Assembly: GCA_963802345.1 (NCBI GenBank) | Contig: CAWDIK010000023.1 | Coordinates: forward strand, 145,142-209,141 | DNA from: Vicinamibacterales bacterium | GTDB lineage: Bacteria > Acidobacteriota > Vicinamibacteria > Vicinamibacterales > JAMQPK01 | DNA: 64,000 nucleotides | Direction of reading: 5' to 3' | In this document: positions 53,884 through 63,922 of the stretch, in pieces | How positions within the stretch are numbered: position 1 is the stretch's first letter | Layout: every line of letters begins with the position of its first letter | Program-made: the position numbers and the translations under genes | Notes under the pieces: model-generated | What the model was told of the DNA's origin: nothing | The model's input: the letters and a program-made list of their open reading frames with translations, nothing else | Database searches by the model: none

Positions 53884-54792
53884 TTATTTGCCGGTGCGGT
53901 AGGTGCTGCGCCGCTCGATGTTCTCCGCCCGCAAATAAGCACGAAACGGTTCGCTCAAATCCGCCCGCCTGAGCGCGAAATAGACGACCGCCTGAAGGTA
54001 GCCCAGCTTGTTGCCGGTATCGTGGCGCGACCCCTCGACTTCGTAAGCGTAGATTTTCCGCTGCTGAAGAAGCCTGCGTAGCCCGTTGGTCAGCTGGATT
54101 TCGCCGGTCCTGTCGCTCGCGGTTTCGCGGAGGGCGGGAAAAATATCCGGCGTCAGCAGGTAGCGTCCGATGATGGCGAGATTCGACGGCGCCTCTTCGC
54201 GCCGCGGCTTCTCGACCAGGTCTCGCACCAGGTGAACGCCTTTGCCGAGATCCACGGACGAATCGATGTCGACGATGCCGTAATTGGAAACCTGATCCGC
54301 GGGCACACGCTCGACGGCGAGGACCGGCCCGCCGACTCTCTCGAACACGTCGATCATCTGCCGTAGCGCCGGCGGATTGGCGTCGATCACATCGTCCGCG
54401 AGGATGACGGCGAAAGGCTCGTCGCCCACGAGGTCCGCGGTCACCAACACCGCGTGGCCGAGACCCAGCGGCTCGCCCTGGCGCACGTACGCCACGTTGA
54501 TCATGTTGGAGATTTGGCGGATCTCTTCGAGCAGATCGAGCTTGCCGCGCTGCTGAAGAAAGCTTTCCAGTTCGATGTTGACGTCGAAATGATCCTCGAT
54601 CGCGTTTTTTCCGCGCCCGGTGACGATGATGATGTTCTCGACGCCGGACGCGACGGCCTCTTCGACGCCGTACTGGATGATCGGCTTGTCGACGAGAGGA
54701 AGCATTTCTTTTGGTTGTGCCTTGGTCGCGGGCAGGAATCGAGTACCTAAACCGGCGGCCGGGAAAACGACTTTGCGAACGGTTGATTTCAC
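53884..54792 (-). CDS. galU: UTP--glucose-1-phosphate uridylyltransferase GalU
   Basis: [40 protein letters not shown]...[14 protein letters not shown]...ILADDV...[10 protein letters not shown]. Confidence 0.92.
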   Translation of the reverse strand: MKSTVRKVVFPAAGLGTRFLPATKAQPKEMLPLVDKPIIQYGVEEAVASGVENIIIVTGRGKNAIEDHFDVNIELESFLQQRGKLDLLEEIRQISNMINVAYVRQGEPLGLGHAVLVTADLVGDEPFAVILADDVIDANPPALRQMIDVFERVGGPVLAVERVPADQVSNYGIVDIDSSVDLGKGVHLVRDLVEKPRREEAPSNLAIIGRYLLTPDIFPALRETASDRTGEIQLTNGLRRLLQQRKIYAYEVEGSRHDTGNKLGYLQAVVYFALRRADLSEPFRAYLRAENIERRSTYRTGK

Positions 54793-54854
54793 GCCGTCAT
54801 TCTACTTTAGGCGCGGCAGGCGGTAGGTGGCGGGCCGTAGCATACAATTTCACC

Positions 54855-56138
54855 ATGCTTGACCCGTCATACGTACGCGATCACCAGGAAGAAGTCCGGC
54901 GCGGGTTGCAGAACCGCGGCTGGAACGTCGAGGGCGATCTCGAGCAACTCGCGACGCTCGAAAACAGGAGACGCCGGCTGATTCCGGAGCTCGAAGGTCT
55001 GAAGCGCGATCAGAATGCGGCCGGCGACGAAGTGGCGCGGGCCAAGCGTCAAGGGAAGGACGCGAGCGGTATCTTCGAGGCGAACCGGCAGCGCGCGCAG
55101 CAGATACGCCAGCTCGACATCGAGCTCGATCAGGTCGAGCAACAGCGCTCGATCATCCTGATGTCGCTGCCGAACGTACCGCACGCCAGCGTCCCCGTCG
55201 GCAAGAGCGAAGCGGACAACGTGGTCGTGCGCACGTGGGGGGAGCCGACGAGGTTCGATTTCGAGCCGCGCGCGCACTGGGATCTCGGACCCGCCCTCGG
55301 CATTCTGGATTTCGAGCGCGCCACGAAGATGTCGGGCGCGAGATTTGCGCTGCTTCTCGGCGCCGGCGCGCGATTGTCGCGCGCGCTCACGGACTTCATG
55401 CTCGATGTGCACACGCGCGAGCACGGATACCTCGAGGTCGTGCCGCCGTATCTCGTCAATCGGGCTTCGCTCGAAGCGACGGGACAACTGCCGAAGTTCG
55501 AAGCCGACCTGTTCAAGGTTGCCGGCGAATGGGATCTCTTTCTGATTCCCACGGCCGAGGTACCGCTGACGAATATTCATCGCGGCGAGATTCTGAACGG
55601 CGACCTGCTGCCGCTGAAGTACACGGCCTACACGCCATGCTTTCGCAGCGAAGCGGGATCGTACGGCAAAGACGTGCGCGGCCTCATCAGGCAGCATCAG
55701 TTCGAGAAGGTCGAGATGGTGAAGATCACGCACCCCGACACGTCGTACGACGAGCTCGAGTCGATGACGCTGAATGCGGAAGACGTGCTCCAGAAGCTCG
55801 GTCTGCCGTACCGCACGATGGTCCTGTGCACCGGAGACGTCGGCTTCTCAATGGCGAAGACATACGACGTCGAGGCATGGCTTCCGGGCCAGAACGCGTA
55901 CAAAGAAATTTCCTCGTGCAGCAACGCCGAGGCGTTTCAGGCCCGCAGGGCGAACATCAAATTCAAGGCGGGTGGAGCGGGGAAAGCCGAGTTCGTGCAC
56001 ACGCTGAACGGATCGGGGTTGCCGATCGGCCGCACACTGGTCGCCGTGCTCGAAAATTACCAGCAGAAGGACGGGTCGGTGCGCGTGCCCGACGCGCTGC
56101 GCCCATACATGGGCGGGCTGGAAGTGATTGAGCCGTAG
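54855..56138 (+). CDS. serS: Serine--tRNA ligase
   Basis: [22 protein letters not shown]... (coiled-coil arm), then class II motifs [41 protein letters not shown] and [21 protein letters not shown]. Confidence 0.95.
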   Translation: MLDPSYVRDHQEEVRRGLQNRGWNVEGDLEQLATLENRRRRLIPELEGLKRDQNAAGDEVARAKRQGKDASGIFEANRQRAQQIRQLDIELDQVEQQRSIILMSLPNVPHASVPVGKSEADNVVVRTWGEPTRFDFEPRAHWDLGPALGILDFERATKMSGARFALLLGAGARLSRALTDFMLDVHTREHGYLEVVPPYLVNRASLEATGQLPKFEADLFKVAGEWDLFLIPTAEVPLTNIHRGEILNGDLLPLKYTAYTPCFRSEAGSYGKDVRGLIRQHQFEKVEMVKITHPDTSYDELESMTLNAEDVLQKLGLPYRTMVLCTGDVGFSMAKTYDVEAWLPGQNAYKEISSCSNAEAFQARRANIKFKAGGAGKAEFVHTLNGSGLPIGRTLVAVLENYQQKDGSVRVPDALRPYMGGLEVIEP

Positions 56139-56159
56139 ACACGGGCGACCTGAAGAGTC

Positions 56160-56243
56160 GGAACAACGACAAGAACGAAAACCGTCGATCGCAGCTGGTT
56201 CGAGCATTATTCGTTTTTCGTTCTTCGTTTTTCGTTTTCGTGT
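56160..56243. repeat. CGAAA-word inverted repeat (family C copy 3) between convergent serS and radical-SAM gene
   Basis: GGAACAACGACAAGAACGAAAACCG ... TTATTCGTTTTTCGTTCTTCGTTTTTCGTTTTCGTG. Confidence 0.55.
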
Positions 56244-57748
56244 ACTTCCTCTCCAGCGTATGCGACGTCATCTGGCGGATGTGGGCCACGGTGGCGTCGC
56301 CGAACTTCTCTTTCACCATCCTCAAGTACGGCTCGTGGCGGAAGTACGTGTCGAACGCACGATCGCGGAAGCGCAAGACTTCTCCGGCAGAGATATGCCG
56401 CGTGGGCAGGGGCAAGGTGTCCACGGCATGCTGTGAATAGCCGCTCCACGTGTCCGGCAGCCGCCACCCATTCCGGACCGCCTCGTCGTACAACGGCGAG
56501 CCCGGGTAAGCCATCGCAGAGTAGAAATTGGCGAACTCGCAGTTGAGGTCGAGCGCCAGGTCAAGCGTCTGCTGCATCGTCTCGTGGGTGTCTTCCGGAA
56601 GCCCGAAGATAAAGTTGCCGATGATGCTGATGCCGGCATTCTTAATCTGGCGAACCGTGTCGTACACCTCACCAACCTGGTAGCGCTTGTCGACGTCGGT
56701 CAGCACGTGGTCGTCCGCCGCCTCGATGCCGAGCGCGAGCCAGTTGAAACCGGCGCGCTTGAGCTTGTCGAGCATGTTGTCTTTTACCGTGTCGACGCGT
56801 GCGTAGGCCCAGATGTTCAGGTTGTAGCCGCGCTCGATCAGCAGGTCGCAGATGCCGAGTGACGTGGCGCTGATTCAGCACGAACATCTCGTCGGCGAAC
56901 TTGATGTTCCGCACGCCGTACCTGTCGACGAGCAGATCGATCTCGGCGATGACCCGCGCCGGCGTCCAGAACCGGTAACTGTTCGCTTCGGCGCGGAGAC
57001 CCATCATCTGCTCGCCGGCCTTGAACGGTGCCTGAATGCAGCAGAACGAACAGCGATACGGGCACCCCAGCGTGGTGTAGATAGCCGCGTACGGCTCACG
57101 CTCGAGATCGCCGAAGCAATGCCAGTTGTGCGCGCGGTAGCGCGCCATTGGCAGCAGGTCCCACGCGATTCCGGGCATCTCGACATCGAGATCCTTCACG
57201 AGTGGCGCCGCCTGGTTGCGGACCGGGTGCCCGTGATCGCGGTATACCAGCCCACGCACGCGAGACAGGTCCGGTTCGGCGGTCGCTTTAAACGCGTGCA
57301 GCAGGTCGACGACCGTGTGAAGAGCTTCATCGCTCGAGACGAAATCACACGCTTCGTCCGCGAGCGTGCGCTCGGGGAGCGCCGCGACGTGTCCGCCGAG
57401 CATGAGGAGCGGCATGTCGGGCACGATGTGTTTAATCGCTGTCGCCAGCGCCGAGGCTCCCGTCATGTTCTGGGTGGATGCCGAAGGCTGGTGACCATAG
57501 ACGACGATGGCGGTGAGCACCGGAGAAAGGACCTTCACACGATCAGCGACCTGCTCGGGTGTGAGCTCGTCGGCTTCGGCATCGACGATCTCGACCGAGA
57601 AACCCTGTGCCCGTGCGAACGTGGCGATGAGGCCGGCCCAGACGGGGTTCTCGACCGCCGTCAGCCGCTTCCCAAGAGACTGGTAGATTCGCGCTCGGCT
57701 GCCGGGATTAACGAGAACGAGATCGGGGCTGCTGATCGTCATTGCCAA
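56207..57748 (-). CDS. B12-binding-domain radical SAM enzyme; frameshift ~56860 and uncertain 3' end as assembled
   Basis: N-terminal cobalamin-binding-like Rossmann part (LVLVNPG...IVDAEADELTPEQV...AIVVYGHQP), the radical SAM cluster motif LGCPYRCSFCC, and a downstream half (NIWAYARVDTV...LALGIEAADDHVL...IGNFIFGLPEDTHETM) in another frame. Confidence 0.75.
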
Positions 57749-58643
57749 TGATCGATTCGATTATGTACGGCGGGCGGCCGCGCACATCCTTATACACGCG
57801 GATGAGGTAGGTGCCCATGACCGCGATCGCGCCGATCGTCGTGGCCCAGAAAAACGTCAGGGCGGCCATGAACGTCGATCCTGCAAGGGCGAGCATCAGC
57901 GACGCGATCACGCCAGCCGCCGCGATCGCGAAGCAGGCGTAGATCGGCATGAACGAGAACGACGTCAGCCCGGTGGTGAACGTCTTCCACGGATTCCTGC
58001 TGAAAAACGGAAAATGCGTGCGCCCCGCGTGCCGCGAGTCGCGCTCGTAGGGAACGCACACCTGGTTGAAGCCGAGCCACACGACGAGACCGCGCAAATA
58101 TGGGTCCGACTCGCGCAATCGCAGCAGATGATCGACCGCGGCTCGCGAGAGCAGCTTGAAATCGCCGGCGTCGACCGGAAGCTCGATCGATGAGCCGAAC
58201 TGGATGAGACGGTAGGCCACACGTGTCGCCGCCATCTTGAGCGCGTTCTCGCCGTGCCGCCGCGTGCGCACGGTGTGGACGACGTCGGCTCCCTGCCGCC
58301 AGCGATCGATCAATTTCGGGATCACTTCAGGCGGATCCTGCAGGTCGGCATCCATGTAGACGACGGCGTCGCCACGAGACGTGGCCATGCCGGCAATGAC
58401 ACCCTCCGCCACGCCGAACCGCCTCGACATATTCACGATCGTGATGCGCGGGTTGCGCTGACGCTCCGCGACGAGCAGCGACAGCGACGCGTCAGTGGAC
58501 GAATCGTTGACGAAAACGATCTCGTAGTCGACGTTCTGGCCGGCGAACATCGCGTCGAGCCGAGCGACCAGCGTCGGGATGTTATCGGCCTCATTGCGGA
58601 AGGAAAAGACGACGGAGATGAGAGGCCGGTCGGGTCTCGTCAT
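57708..58643 (-). CDS. Family 2 glycosyltransferase (polyprenyl-phosphate sugar transferase-like, with C-terminal TM segments)
   Basis: ISVVFSFRNEADNIP...YEIVFVNDSSTD...MSRRFGVAEGV...VVYMDADLQDPPE...DAGDFKLLSR, plus two hydrophobic C-terminal helices. ATG at 58643. Confidence 0.85.
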   Translation of the reverse strand: MTRPDRPLISVVFSFRNEADNIPTLVARLDAMFAGQNVDYEIVFVNDSSTDASLSLLVAERQRNPRITIVNMSRRFGVAEGVIAGMATSRGDAVVYMDADLQDPPEVIPKLIDRWRQGADVVHTVRTRRHGENALKMAATRVAYRLIQFGSSIELPVDAGDFKLLSRAAVDHLLRLRESDPYLRGLVVWLGFNQVCVPYERDSRHAGRTHFPFFSRNPWKTFTTGLTSFSFMPIYACFAIAAAGVIASLMLALAGSTFMAALTFFWATTIGAIAVMGTYLIRVYKDVRGRPPYIIESIIGNDDQQPRSRSR

Positions 58644-58645
58644 GC

Positions 58646-59584
58646 TCAGATATTCGAGTACTTCGAGTTCCGGATCATGGCGAACCCCTTGATGAGCTCT
58701 CGAATGCCATCGTCCAGCGAGAACGCCGGGGAGTAGCCGGTGCGCTCGATTTTCTCGTTCGACACGATGTAATCGCGCTTGTCCGGATCCTTGCCGACGT
58801 TGGACTCGTGAACCGTGAAGCCCGGCAGGTGCTTTTGAATCCGCTGGCACAGCTCGAGCTTCGAGAGGTTCGCGTCGGAGAGACCGACGTTGTACACCTG
58901 CCCCTTCATGGCGTCAAACCGATCCATGGCGTGCAGGAACGCGCGCGCCACGTCGCGGACGTGAATGAAGTTGCGCTTGAAGTGGCTCTCGAAGAGCACG
59001 ATGAACCGATCGGTGTACGCGCGGTAGGTAAAGTCGTTCACGAGGAGATCGAGCCGCATCCGCGGTGACATGCCGAACACCGTGGCGAGCCTCAGGCTGA
59101 CGGCGGCCGGATGCCGCTCGAGCAGCGTTCGCTCCACCTCGACTTTGTCGCGGCCGTACAGGGAGACCGGCCGGATCGGCGTTTCCTCTGTGCAGAACTT
59201 ACCCGCCTCGCCGACGCCATAACCGCTGTTGGTGATCGGCAGGATGACACGCTGGTCTCGTCCGATGAGGCCGAGCATGTCGACGATCGCCTGCTTGTTC
59301 GTCGACGTCGCGGCAAGCGGGTCGCGATCGCACAGCGGCGCTCCGACGAGCGCCGCAAGTGGAATGATGACATCCGCGTTCTTCACGAGCGGCCTCATCG
59401 TGTCCATCGATCGCACGTCGCCGCGCACGATCGAGAACTGCGGGTGATAACAGACCGCCGCGAGGCTGTCCTGGCCGTACATGAAATTGTCGACGACCGC
59501 CACCGAGCAGCCGCGGTCGAGCAGCGCCGGGACCAGCACCGATCCAAGGTATCCGGCACCGCCGGTGACAAGCACCTTCATCAT
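58646..59584 (-). CDS. NAD-dependent sugar epimerase/dehydratase (extended SDR)
   Basis: MMKVLVTGGAGYLGSVLVPALLDRG (Rossmann GxxGxxG)...YGRDKVEVE (YxxxK)...VYNVG. Confidence 0.85.
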   Translation of the reverse strand: MMKVLVTGGAGYLGSVLVPALLDRGCSVAVVDNFMYGQDSLAAVCYHPQFSIVRGDVRSMDTMRPLVKNADVIIPLAALVGAPLCDRDPLAATSTNKQAIVDMLGLIGRDQRVILPITNSGYGVGEAGKFCTEETPIRPVSLYGRDKVEVERTLLERHPAAVSLRLATVFGMSPRMRLDLLVNDFTYRAYTDRFIVLFESHFKRNFIHVRDVARAFLHAMDRFDAMKGQVYNVGLSDANLSKLELCQRIQKHLPGFTVHESNVGKDPDKRDYIVSNEKIERTGYSPAFSLDDGIRELIKGFAMIRNSKYSNI

Positions 59585-59606
59585 GAATTTACGAAAACCG
59601 TAAAAA

Positions 59607-59619
59607 GGGGGTCAGACCC
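59607..59619. repeat. 13-nt palindrome GGGGTCAGACCCC in the aminotransferase-epimerase spacer; supplies the aminotransferase stop codon
   Basis: On the coding strand ...AAT GGG GTC TGA CCCC. This is the same reading (G-V-stop) as at the breaks in glmS and atpG. Confidence 0.7.
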
Positions 59620-60781
59620 CATTTAGTACCGAGCGGAGATGATCGAGCTCCGCCGTGATGTCGCGGGGGTGGTTGCCCACAAAAAATCCGCGCTCGTGGG
59701 CGAGCTTCGCGTGATCCAGGGTGCCGACGATGTCGTAGTCGAAGAACTTCACGGCCGCATGATGCGGAAAACAGCCGCCGGTGATCATGCGGAATTCGAT
59801 GCCGCCGTTTCGCATCGCGTCCATCACGCGGGCCCGATCGAGTGTCGACTCCGGGTTCAGGATGATCGTGAAGCTGAACCAGGAACTCGCGCCGTTCTCG
59901 CGCTGAATGATGAAGCGGTTGTCGCCGCGGAACAGCTCGACGAAATGCGCGGCGTTCCGCCGCCGGACCTGAAGCATGCCGTCGAGTTTCTTGAGCTGCT
60001 CGATGCCGACGGCGCCGGCGAGCTCGAGCGGCCGGACGTTATACCCGGGCACCACGAATCGGTAGGCCTCGAAGAACGGGTCGTCGTGCTGCTGGCCCTG
60101 GTTCACGATGGAGTCGGCCGGCACGTCGCGCGCCCATCCGTGATTGCGGATCGCTCGCGCGAGGTGATCGATTTCAACGTCGTTCGTAACGAGCAGCCCG
60201 CCCTCCATCGTCGATATGTGATGCGAGTAGAAGGTGCTGAACGTGTTGATGTCGCCGAACGTGCCGCACAGGCGGCCGTTCAGGCTGGCGCCCAGCGACT
60301 CGCAGTTGTCCTCGAACATGATGAGGTCGTGTGCGTCGCAGAACGCCCGGATTCGATCCAGCGCCGCCGGGTTGCCGAGAATGCTCACCGCGACGACCAT
60401 CCGCGTGCGCGGCGTGAGGGCGGCTTCGAGATTCGACACGTCCATGTTGAGCGTGTCCAGCTCGACGTCGACGAACCGCAGCTTCAAGCCGTACTGCTGA
60501 AGCGGGTGAAACGTGGTGGCCCACGAGATGGCAGGCACGATGACTTCGTCGCCGCGCTGCAGCGGTCGCGTCGACCGGTAGAACAGCGCCGCCACGCCGA
60601 CGAGGTTCGCGGACGATCCCGAGTTGACCATCACCGCGTGCTTCATGCCGAAGCGCGCCGCAAACGCGTCCTCGAACAAGCGAACCTGCTCGCCCATGGT
60701 GAAGCGGCCGCTGCGCAGCACGCGCTGCATCGCGTCGAGCTCTTCCTGTCCCCAGCTTGTGCTCGAAAGCTCGTAGGCCAT
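59612..60781 (-). CDS. DegT/DnrJ/EryC1/StrS-family PLP-dependent sugar aminotransferase/dehydratase
   Basis: WGQEELDAMQRVLRSGRFTMGEQVRLFEDAFAARFGMKHAVMVNSGSSANLV...FEDNCESLGA...TFSTFYSHHISTMEGG. The ATG at 60781 overlaps the upstream stop (ATGA). Confidence 0.85.
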   Translation of the reverse strand: MAYELSSTSWGQEELDAMQRVLRSGRFTMGEQVRLFEDAFAARFGMKHAVMVNSGSSANLVGVAALFYRSTRPLQRGDEVIVPAISWATTFHPLQQYGLKLRFVDVELDTLNMDVSNLEAALTPRTRMVVAVSILGNPAALDRIRAFCDAHDLIMFEDNCESLGASLNGRLCGTFGDINTFSTFYSHHISTMEGGLLVTNDVEIDHLARAIRNHGWARDVPADSIVNQGQQHDDPFFEAYRFVVPGYNVRPLELAGAVGIEQLKKLDGMLQVRRRNAAHFVELFRGDNRFIIQRENGASSWFSFTIILNPESTLDRARVMDAMRNGGIEFRMITGGCFPHHAAVKFFDYDIVGTLDHAKLAHERGFFVGNHPRDITAELDHLRSVLNGV

Positions 60782-61818
60782 CAGGTGCGGGCCAGCTCGC
60801 GCGCCGCGGCGGCGATGCGCGCGGCATCGGGATAGTAGAACTGTTCCAGCGTGTAGCCTGCCGGCGTCGGGATGTCTGGTAGTCCGATACGCACGACGGG
60901 TGCCTTCAGATCGGCGAATCCTTTCTCTGCGGCGAGACATCCGATCTCCGCGCACAAGCCGCCCTTCATCCAGGCCGTATCGACGACGATGAGACGCCCC
61001 GTTTTTTTCAGCGACTCGAGGACGATCGCTTCGTCGAGCGGTTTGATCGTGCGCAGGTCTATGACCTCGACGTCGATGCCGTCAGAGGACAGTGATGTCG
61101 CGGCCTGAAATGCAAGCTCGATCGCATGAGAAGCCCCGACGATCGTGACGTCGCGGCCGCGACGGCGGTAGATGCCTTTGCCGATCGGCACCCGATACGC
61201 GCCTTCCGGCACCACGCCGTCCTTTTTCATGAGCCACCGATGCTCGAATACGCACACCGGGTTGTTGTCGAGAATCGCCGACAGCAGGAGGCCCTTGGCA
61301 TCGTACGGCGTGCTCGGCATCACAATCTTCAAGCCCGGCACGCCGAGCAACATGCCATGAATGGCCTGAGAGTGCTGCGCGCCGGATCCCCATCCACGGC
61401 CGATCGCGGCCCAGACGACCATCGGCACCGTGGTCTGGCCATTGTCCATGAAATGGAATTTCGACGCGTGGGTCACGAGCTGGTTGAACGCCAGCAGCAC
61501 GAAGTCGGGGCGATTGTGCATGAACACCGGGCGCATGCCGTTCATCGCCGCGCCCGTGGACACGCCCATCATCGATTCCTCAGACAGCGGCGTGTCAAAG
61601 ACGCGGTCGGGCCCAAATCGCGCAGCCAGATCCTTCGTGGTTCCAAACATCGCCGTCGGATCGTCGACGCCCTGGCCAAGGACGAAGACGCTCGGATCGT
61701 GCTCCAGCGCCGTCGCCAGCGCCTCGTTGACGGCGCGCACGTACGACACGACGCGCCCCTCAGCGGGGTCGGGCCGATCGTACACGAGCGAATTAACTAA
61801 ACCTTCGTCCCAAGGCAT
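60781..61818 (-). CDS. Thiamine-diphosphate-dependent dehydrogenase E1 component, beta subunit (transketolase-like Pyr + C-terminal domains)
   Basis: SYVRAVNEALATALEHDPSVFVLGQGV....GTTKDL...DRVFDTPLSEESMMGVSTGAAMNGMRPV...HSQAIHGMLLGVPGLKIVMPSTPYDAKGLL...VIDLRTIKPLD. Confidence 0.85.
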   Translation of the reverse strand: MPWDEGLVNSLVYDRPDPAEGRVVSYVRAVNEALATALEHDPSVFVLGQGVDDPTAMFGTTKDLAARFGPDRVFDTPLSEESMMGVSTGAAMNGMRPVFMHNRPDFVLLAFNQLVTHASKFHFMDNGQTTVPMVVWAAIGRGWGSGAQHSQAIHGMLLGVPGLKIVMPSTPYDAKGLLLSAILDNNPVCVFEHRWLMKKDGVVPEGAYRVPIGKGIYRRRGRDVTIVGASHAIELAFQAATSLSSDGIDVEVIDLRTIKPLDEAIVLESLKKTGRLIVVDTAWMKGGLCAEIGCLAAEKGFADLKAPVVRIGLPDIPTPAGYTLEQFYYPDAARIAAAARELART

Positions 61819-61874
61819 CTTTAAACGCGGGGGCCCCTTCCCCCCGCTCGGCGCCGCTCGCGGCTTGGTGCGGC

Positions 61875-62903
61875 TTAGTCCGCGTACACATGCTTGTATA
61901 GGTCTTCTTCCGTCGGGTTCGGACTTGCGAGCGCCAGGTCGAAAGCGTCGGCGATTTCGGCGGCAATGTCGGTTTCCATGGTCTGGATGGCGGCCGCATC
62001 GAGCGTTGCCGAGCGCGTCAGGTAGTCGCCGAACAGGTGAAGCGGATCGACGGCTTCCCACGCGACACGTTCGGCCTCGGCGCGATACCCGGTTCTGCTG
62101 TCGTCACCGGCGCCGCCGTGCGCGCGGAACCGATACAACGCAACTTCGATGAACGTCGGGCCGCCGCCGGTTCTGGCTCTCTCCACCGCCGCCCTGACCG
62201 CCTCGTGTACAGCGAGGACATTGACGCCGTCCACCGAGTCGGCCGGCATCCCATGGGCTTCGGCCCACGCGCGGATGTCGCGGGGCGGCTGCCGAGCCGC
62301 CAGCGGCGACTGGACCGAGTAGAAATTGTTTTCGCAGAAGAAAATCACCGGCAGCTTTTTCAGCGCCGCAAAATTGAGGCTTTCGGCCGTGACGCCCTCC
62401 TCTGTGGTCGCGTCGCCGAGAAACACGACGACGACCCGATCGTCCTGTTTCATCTTTGCGGCGAGTGCCGCGCCGGTCGCGATCGGCACCGCGCCCCCCA
62501 CAATCGCCGAGGTGCCTGACATCCCGACGGATTTATCGATCAGGTGCATCGATCCGCCGCGGGAGCCCACGCAGCCGTTGATGCGGCAATGCATCTCGCA
62601 CAACATGCGCGTCAGATCGCCGCCCTTCGCCAGATACGCGCCATGCGTGCGGTGGCTCGTGTAGACGAGATCGGTCGTGCGCAGCGCCGAGCAGCACCCC
62701 ACGGCCGCCGCTTCCTGGCCGATAACGAGGTGAATCGGCGTCTTCATCAGATCCTGATGGTAACGACGTTCGATCTCCTCCTCGATTCGGCGGATGCGCA
62801 GCATCGCCCGGTACCACCCGATGAGCTGAGCGGCGGAATGCGAGTGCGAGATGCGGTCGAATCCGGCGAGCCCGTGACCCTTGTACGGATAGCGGATGGT
62901 CAT
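61875..62903 (-). CDS. Thiamine-diphosphate-dependent dehydrogenase E1 component, alpha subunit
   Basis: MLRIRRIEEEI...IHLVIGQEAAAVG...SHRTHGAYLAKG...GSMH...TPP-binding motif FLGDATTEEGV...LPVIFFCENNFYS. Confidence 0.85.
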   Translation of the reverse strand: MTIRYPYKGHGLAGFDRISHSHSAAQLIGWYRAMLRIRRIEEEIERRYHQDLMKTPIHLVIGQEAAAVGCCSALRTTDLVYTSHRTHGAYLAKGGDLTRMLCEMHCRINGCVGSRGGSMHLIDKSVGMSGTSAIVGGAVPIATGAALAAKMKQDDRVVVVFLGDATTEEGVTAESLNFAALKKLPVIFFCENNFYSVQSPLAARQPPRDIRAWAEAHGMPADSVDGVNVLAVHEAVRAAVERARTGGGPTFIEVALYRFRAHGGAGDDSRTGYRAEAERVAWEAVDPLHLFGDYLTRSATLDAAAIQTMETDIAAEIADAFDLALASPNPTEEDLYKHVYAD

Positions 62904-63895
62904 AGGCCGTTTGGTTGATAGAGCACGATGCGGCCGCCGGACATCTCGAACTTGAATGGCACGGTGATGAGGTTGCCGAGGGCGATGCGAACCTTCTCGT
63001 GATCGCCCGGCCGCACGAACAGGAGCATGAACCCGCCGCCGCCGGCGCCCAGCAATTTTCCGCCGATGGCTCCCGCCTTCATCGCGGTGTCGAGCAGTCG
63101 ATCGACCGTCGCGTTCGTCACGCGATCCGACAGCGAGCGCTTGAGCTGCCAGGCGTCCCTCAAGAGATGGCCGAACTCCACGAGATCCGTCTTCGCCGAC
63201 GATACGATGTCGATCGCCTGCTCGACCATCTGCTGCATCGTACGCATGTCGGCCGATTTGTTCTTCATGTTCGTGACGACCGTTTCCGCAACTTCATTCG
63301 CCGTCCGGGAAATGCCCGTGAAGACGAGCATGAGGTGACTCTGAAGCGCGTGCAGCCGCTCGGGAGGCAGCACGATCGGCGCGACGCTGTAGGTGCCGTT
63401 CCGCGAAATCGTGATGTGGTTGAAGCCGCCGAACGCTGCCGACACTTGATCCTGCAGCCCGACGCGCTCGCGGAGCACGCACTGCTCGACGTGGATGGCT
63501 TCGTTCGCGAGCGTCTCCTTCGCGATGTGGCGCCCATCGAGCGCGTGCACCGCGTTGATGAGCCCAACCGTAAATGCCGAGCTCGATCCGAGCCCCGATC
63601 GCGCGGGCAAGTCGCCGTCGTGGTGAATCTCGAGTCCCTTGTCTACCTTCAGCCACTCGAGCACGCCGCGCACGGCAGGATGCTGGATATCGCCGATCTC
63701 CTTCACGTTTTCGACGATTGAATAGACAACGCGAAAGCGATGGTCGAAAAACGGCGGCAGCTCGCGAACGCTGATGTAGCAGTACTTATCGATGGTGGTC
63801 GCCAGCACGGCGCCCCCGTGCTCGCCGTACCATTCTGGATAGTCGGTGCCGCCGCCGAAAAATGAGATCCGAAACGGTGTCCGGCTGATGATCAT
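62900..63895 (-). CDS. GHMP-family sugar kinase (D-glycero-D-manno-heptose-7-phosphate kinase HddA-like)
   Basis: MIISRTPFRISFFGGGTDYPEWY...GAVLATTIDKYCY...DLPARSGLGSSSAFTVGL (GHMP motif II)...GKLLGAGGGGFMLLF (motif III). Confidence 0.85.
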   Translation of the reverse strand: MIISRTPFRISFFGGGTDYPEWYGEHGGAVLATTIDKYCYISVRELPPFFDHRFRVVYSIVENVKEIGDIQHPAVRGVLEWLKVDKGLEIHHDGDLPARSGLGSSSAFTVGLINAVHALDGRHIAKETLANEAIHVEQCVLRERVGLQDQVSAAFGGFNHITISRNGTYSVAPIVLPPERLHALQSHLMLVFTGISRTANEVAETVVTNMKNKSADMRTMQQMVEQAIDIVSSAKTDLVEFGHLLRDAWQLKRSLSDRVTNATVDRLLDTAMKAGAIGGKLLGAGGGGFMLLFVRPGDHEKVRIALGNLITVPFKFEMSGGRIVLYQPNGL

Positions 63896-63922
63896 GCCTG
63901 CAGTGCCGAAAGAATAACAGCT

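Noticed and set aside
53241-53942. 233-aa minus-strand ORF across the tandem 9-mer repeat
   Set aside because: It is the antisense of the DUF885 3' end and the FmdB-like gene. The repeat translation (FDSLDSFDSLDF…) has no start context or homology.
55963-56206. 3' extension of the radical-SAM ORF overlapping the end of serS
   Set aside because: It is a translation of the CGAAA-word repeat and of serS antisense sequence (…KTKNEERKTNNARTS…). A TAA in the neighbouring frame at ~56207 fits a normal gene end.
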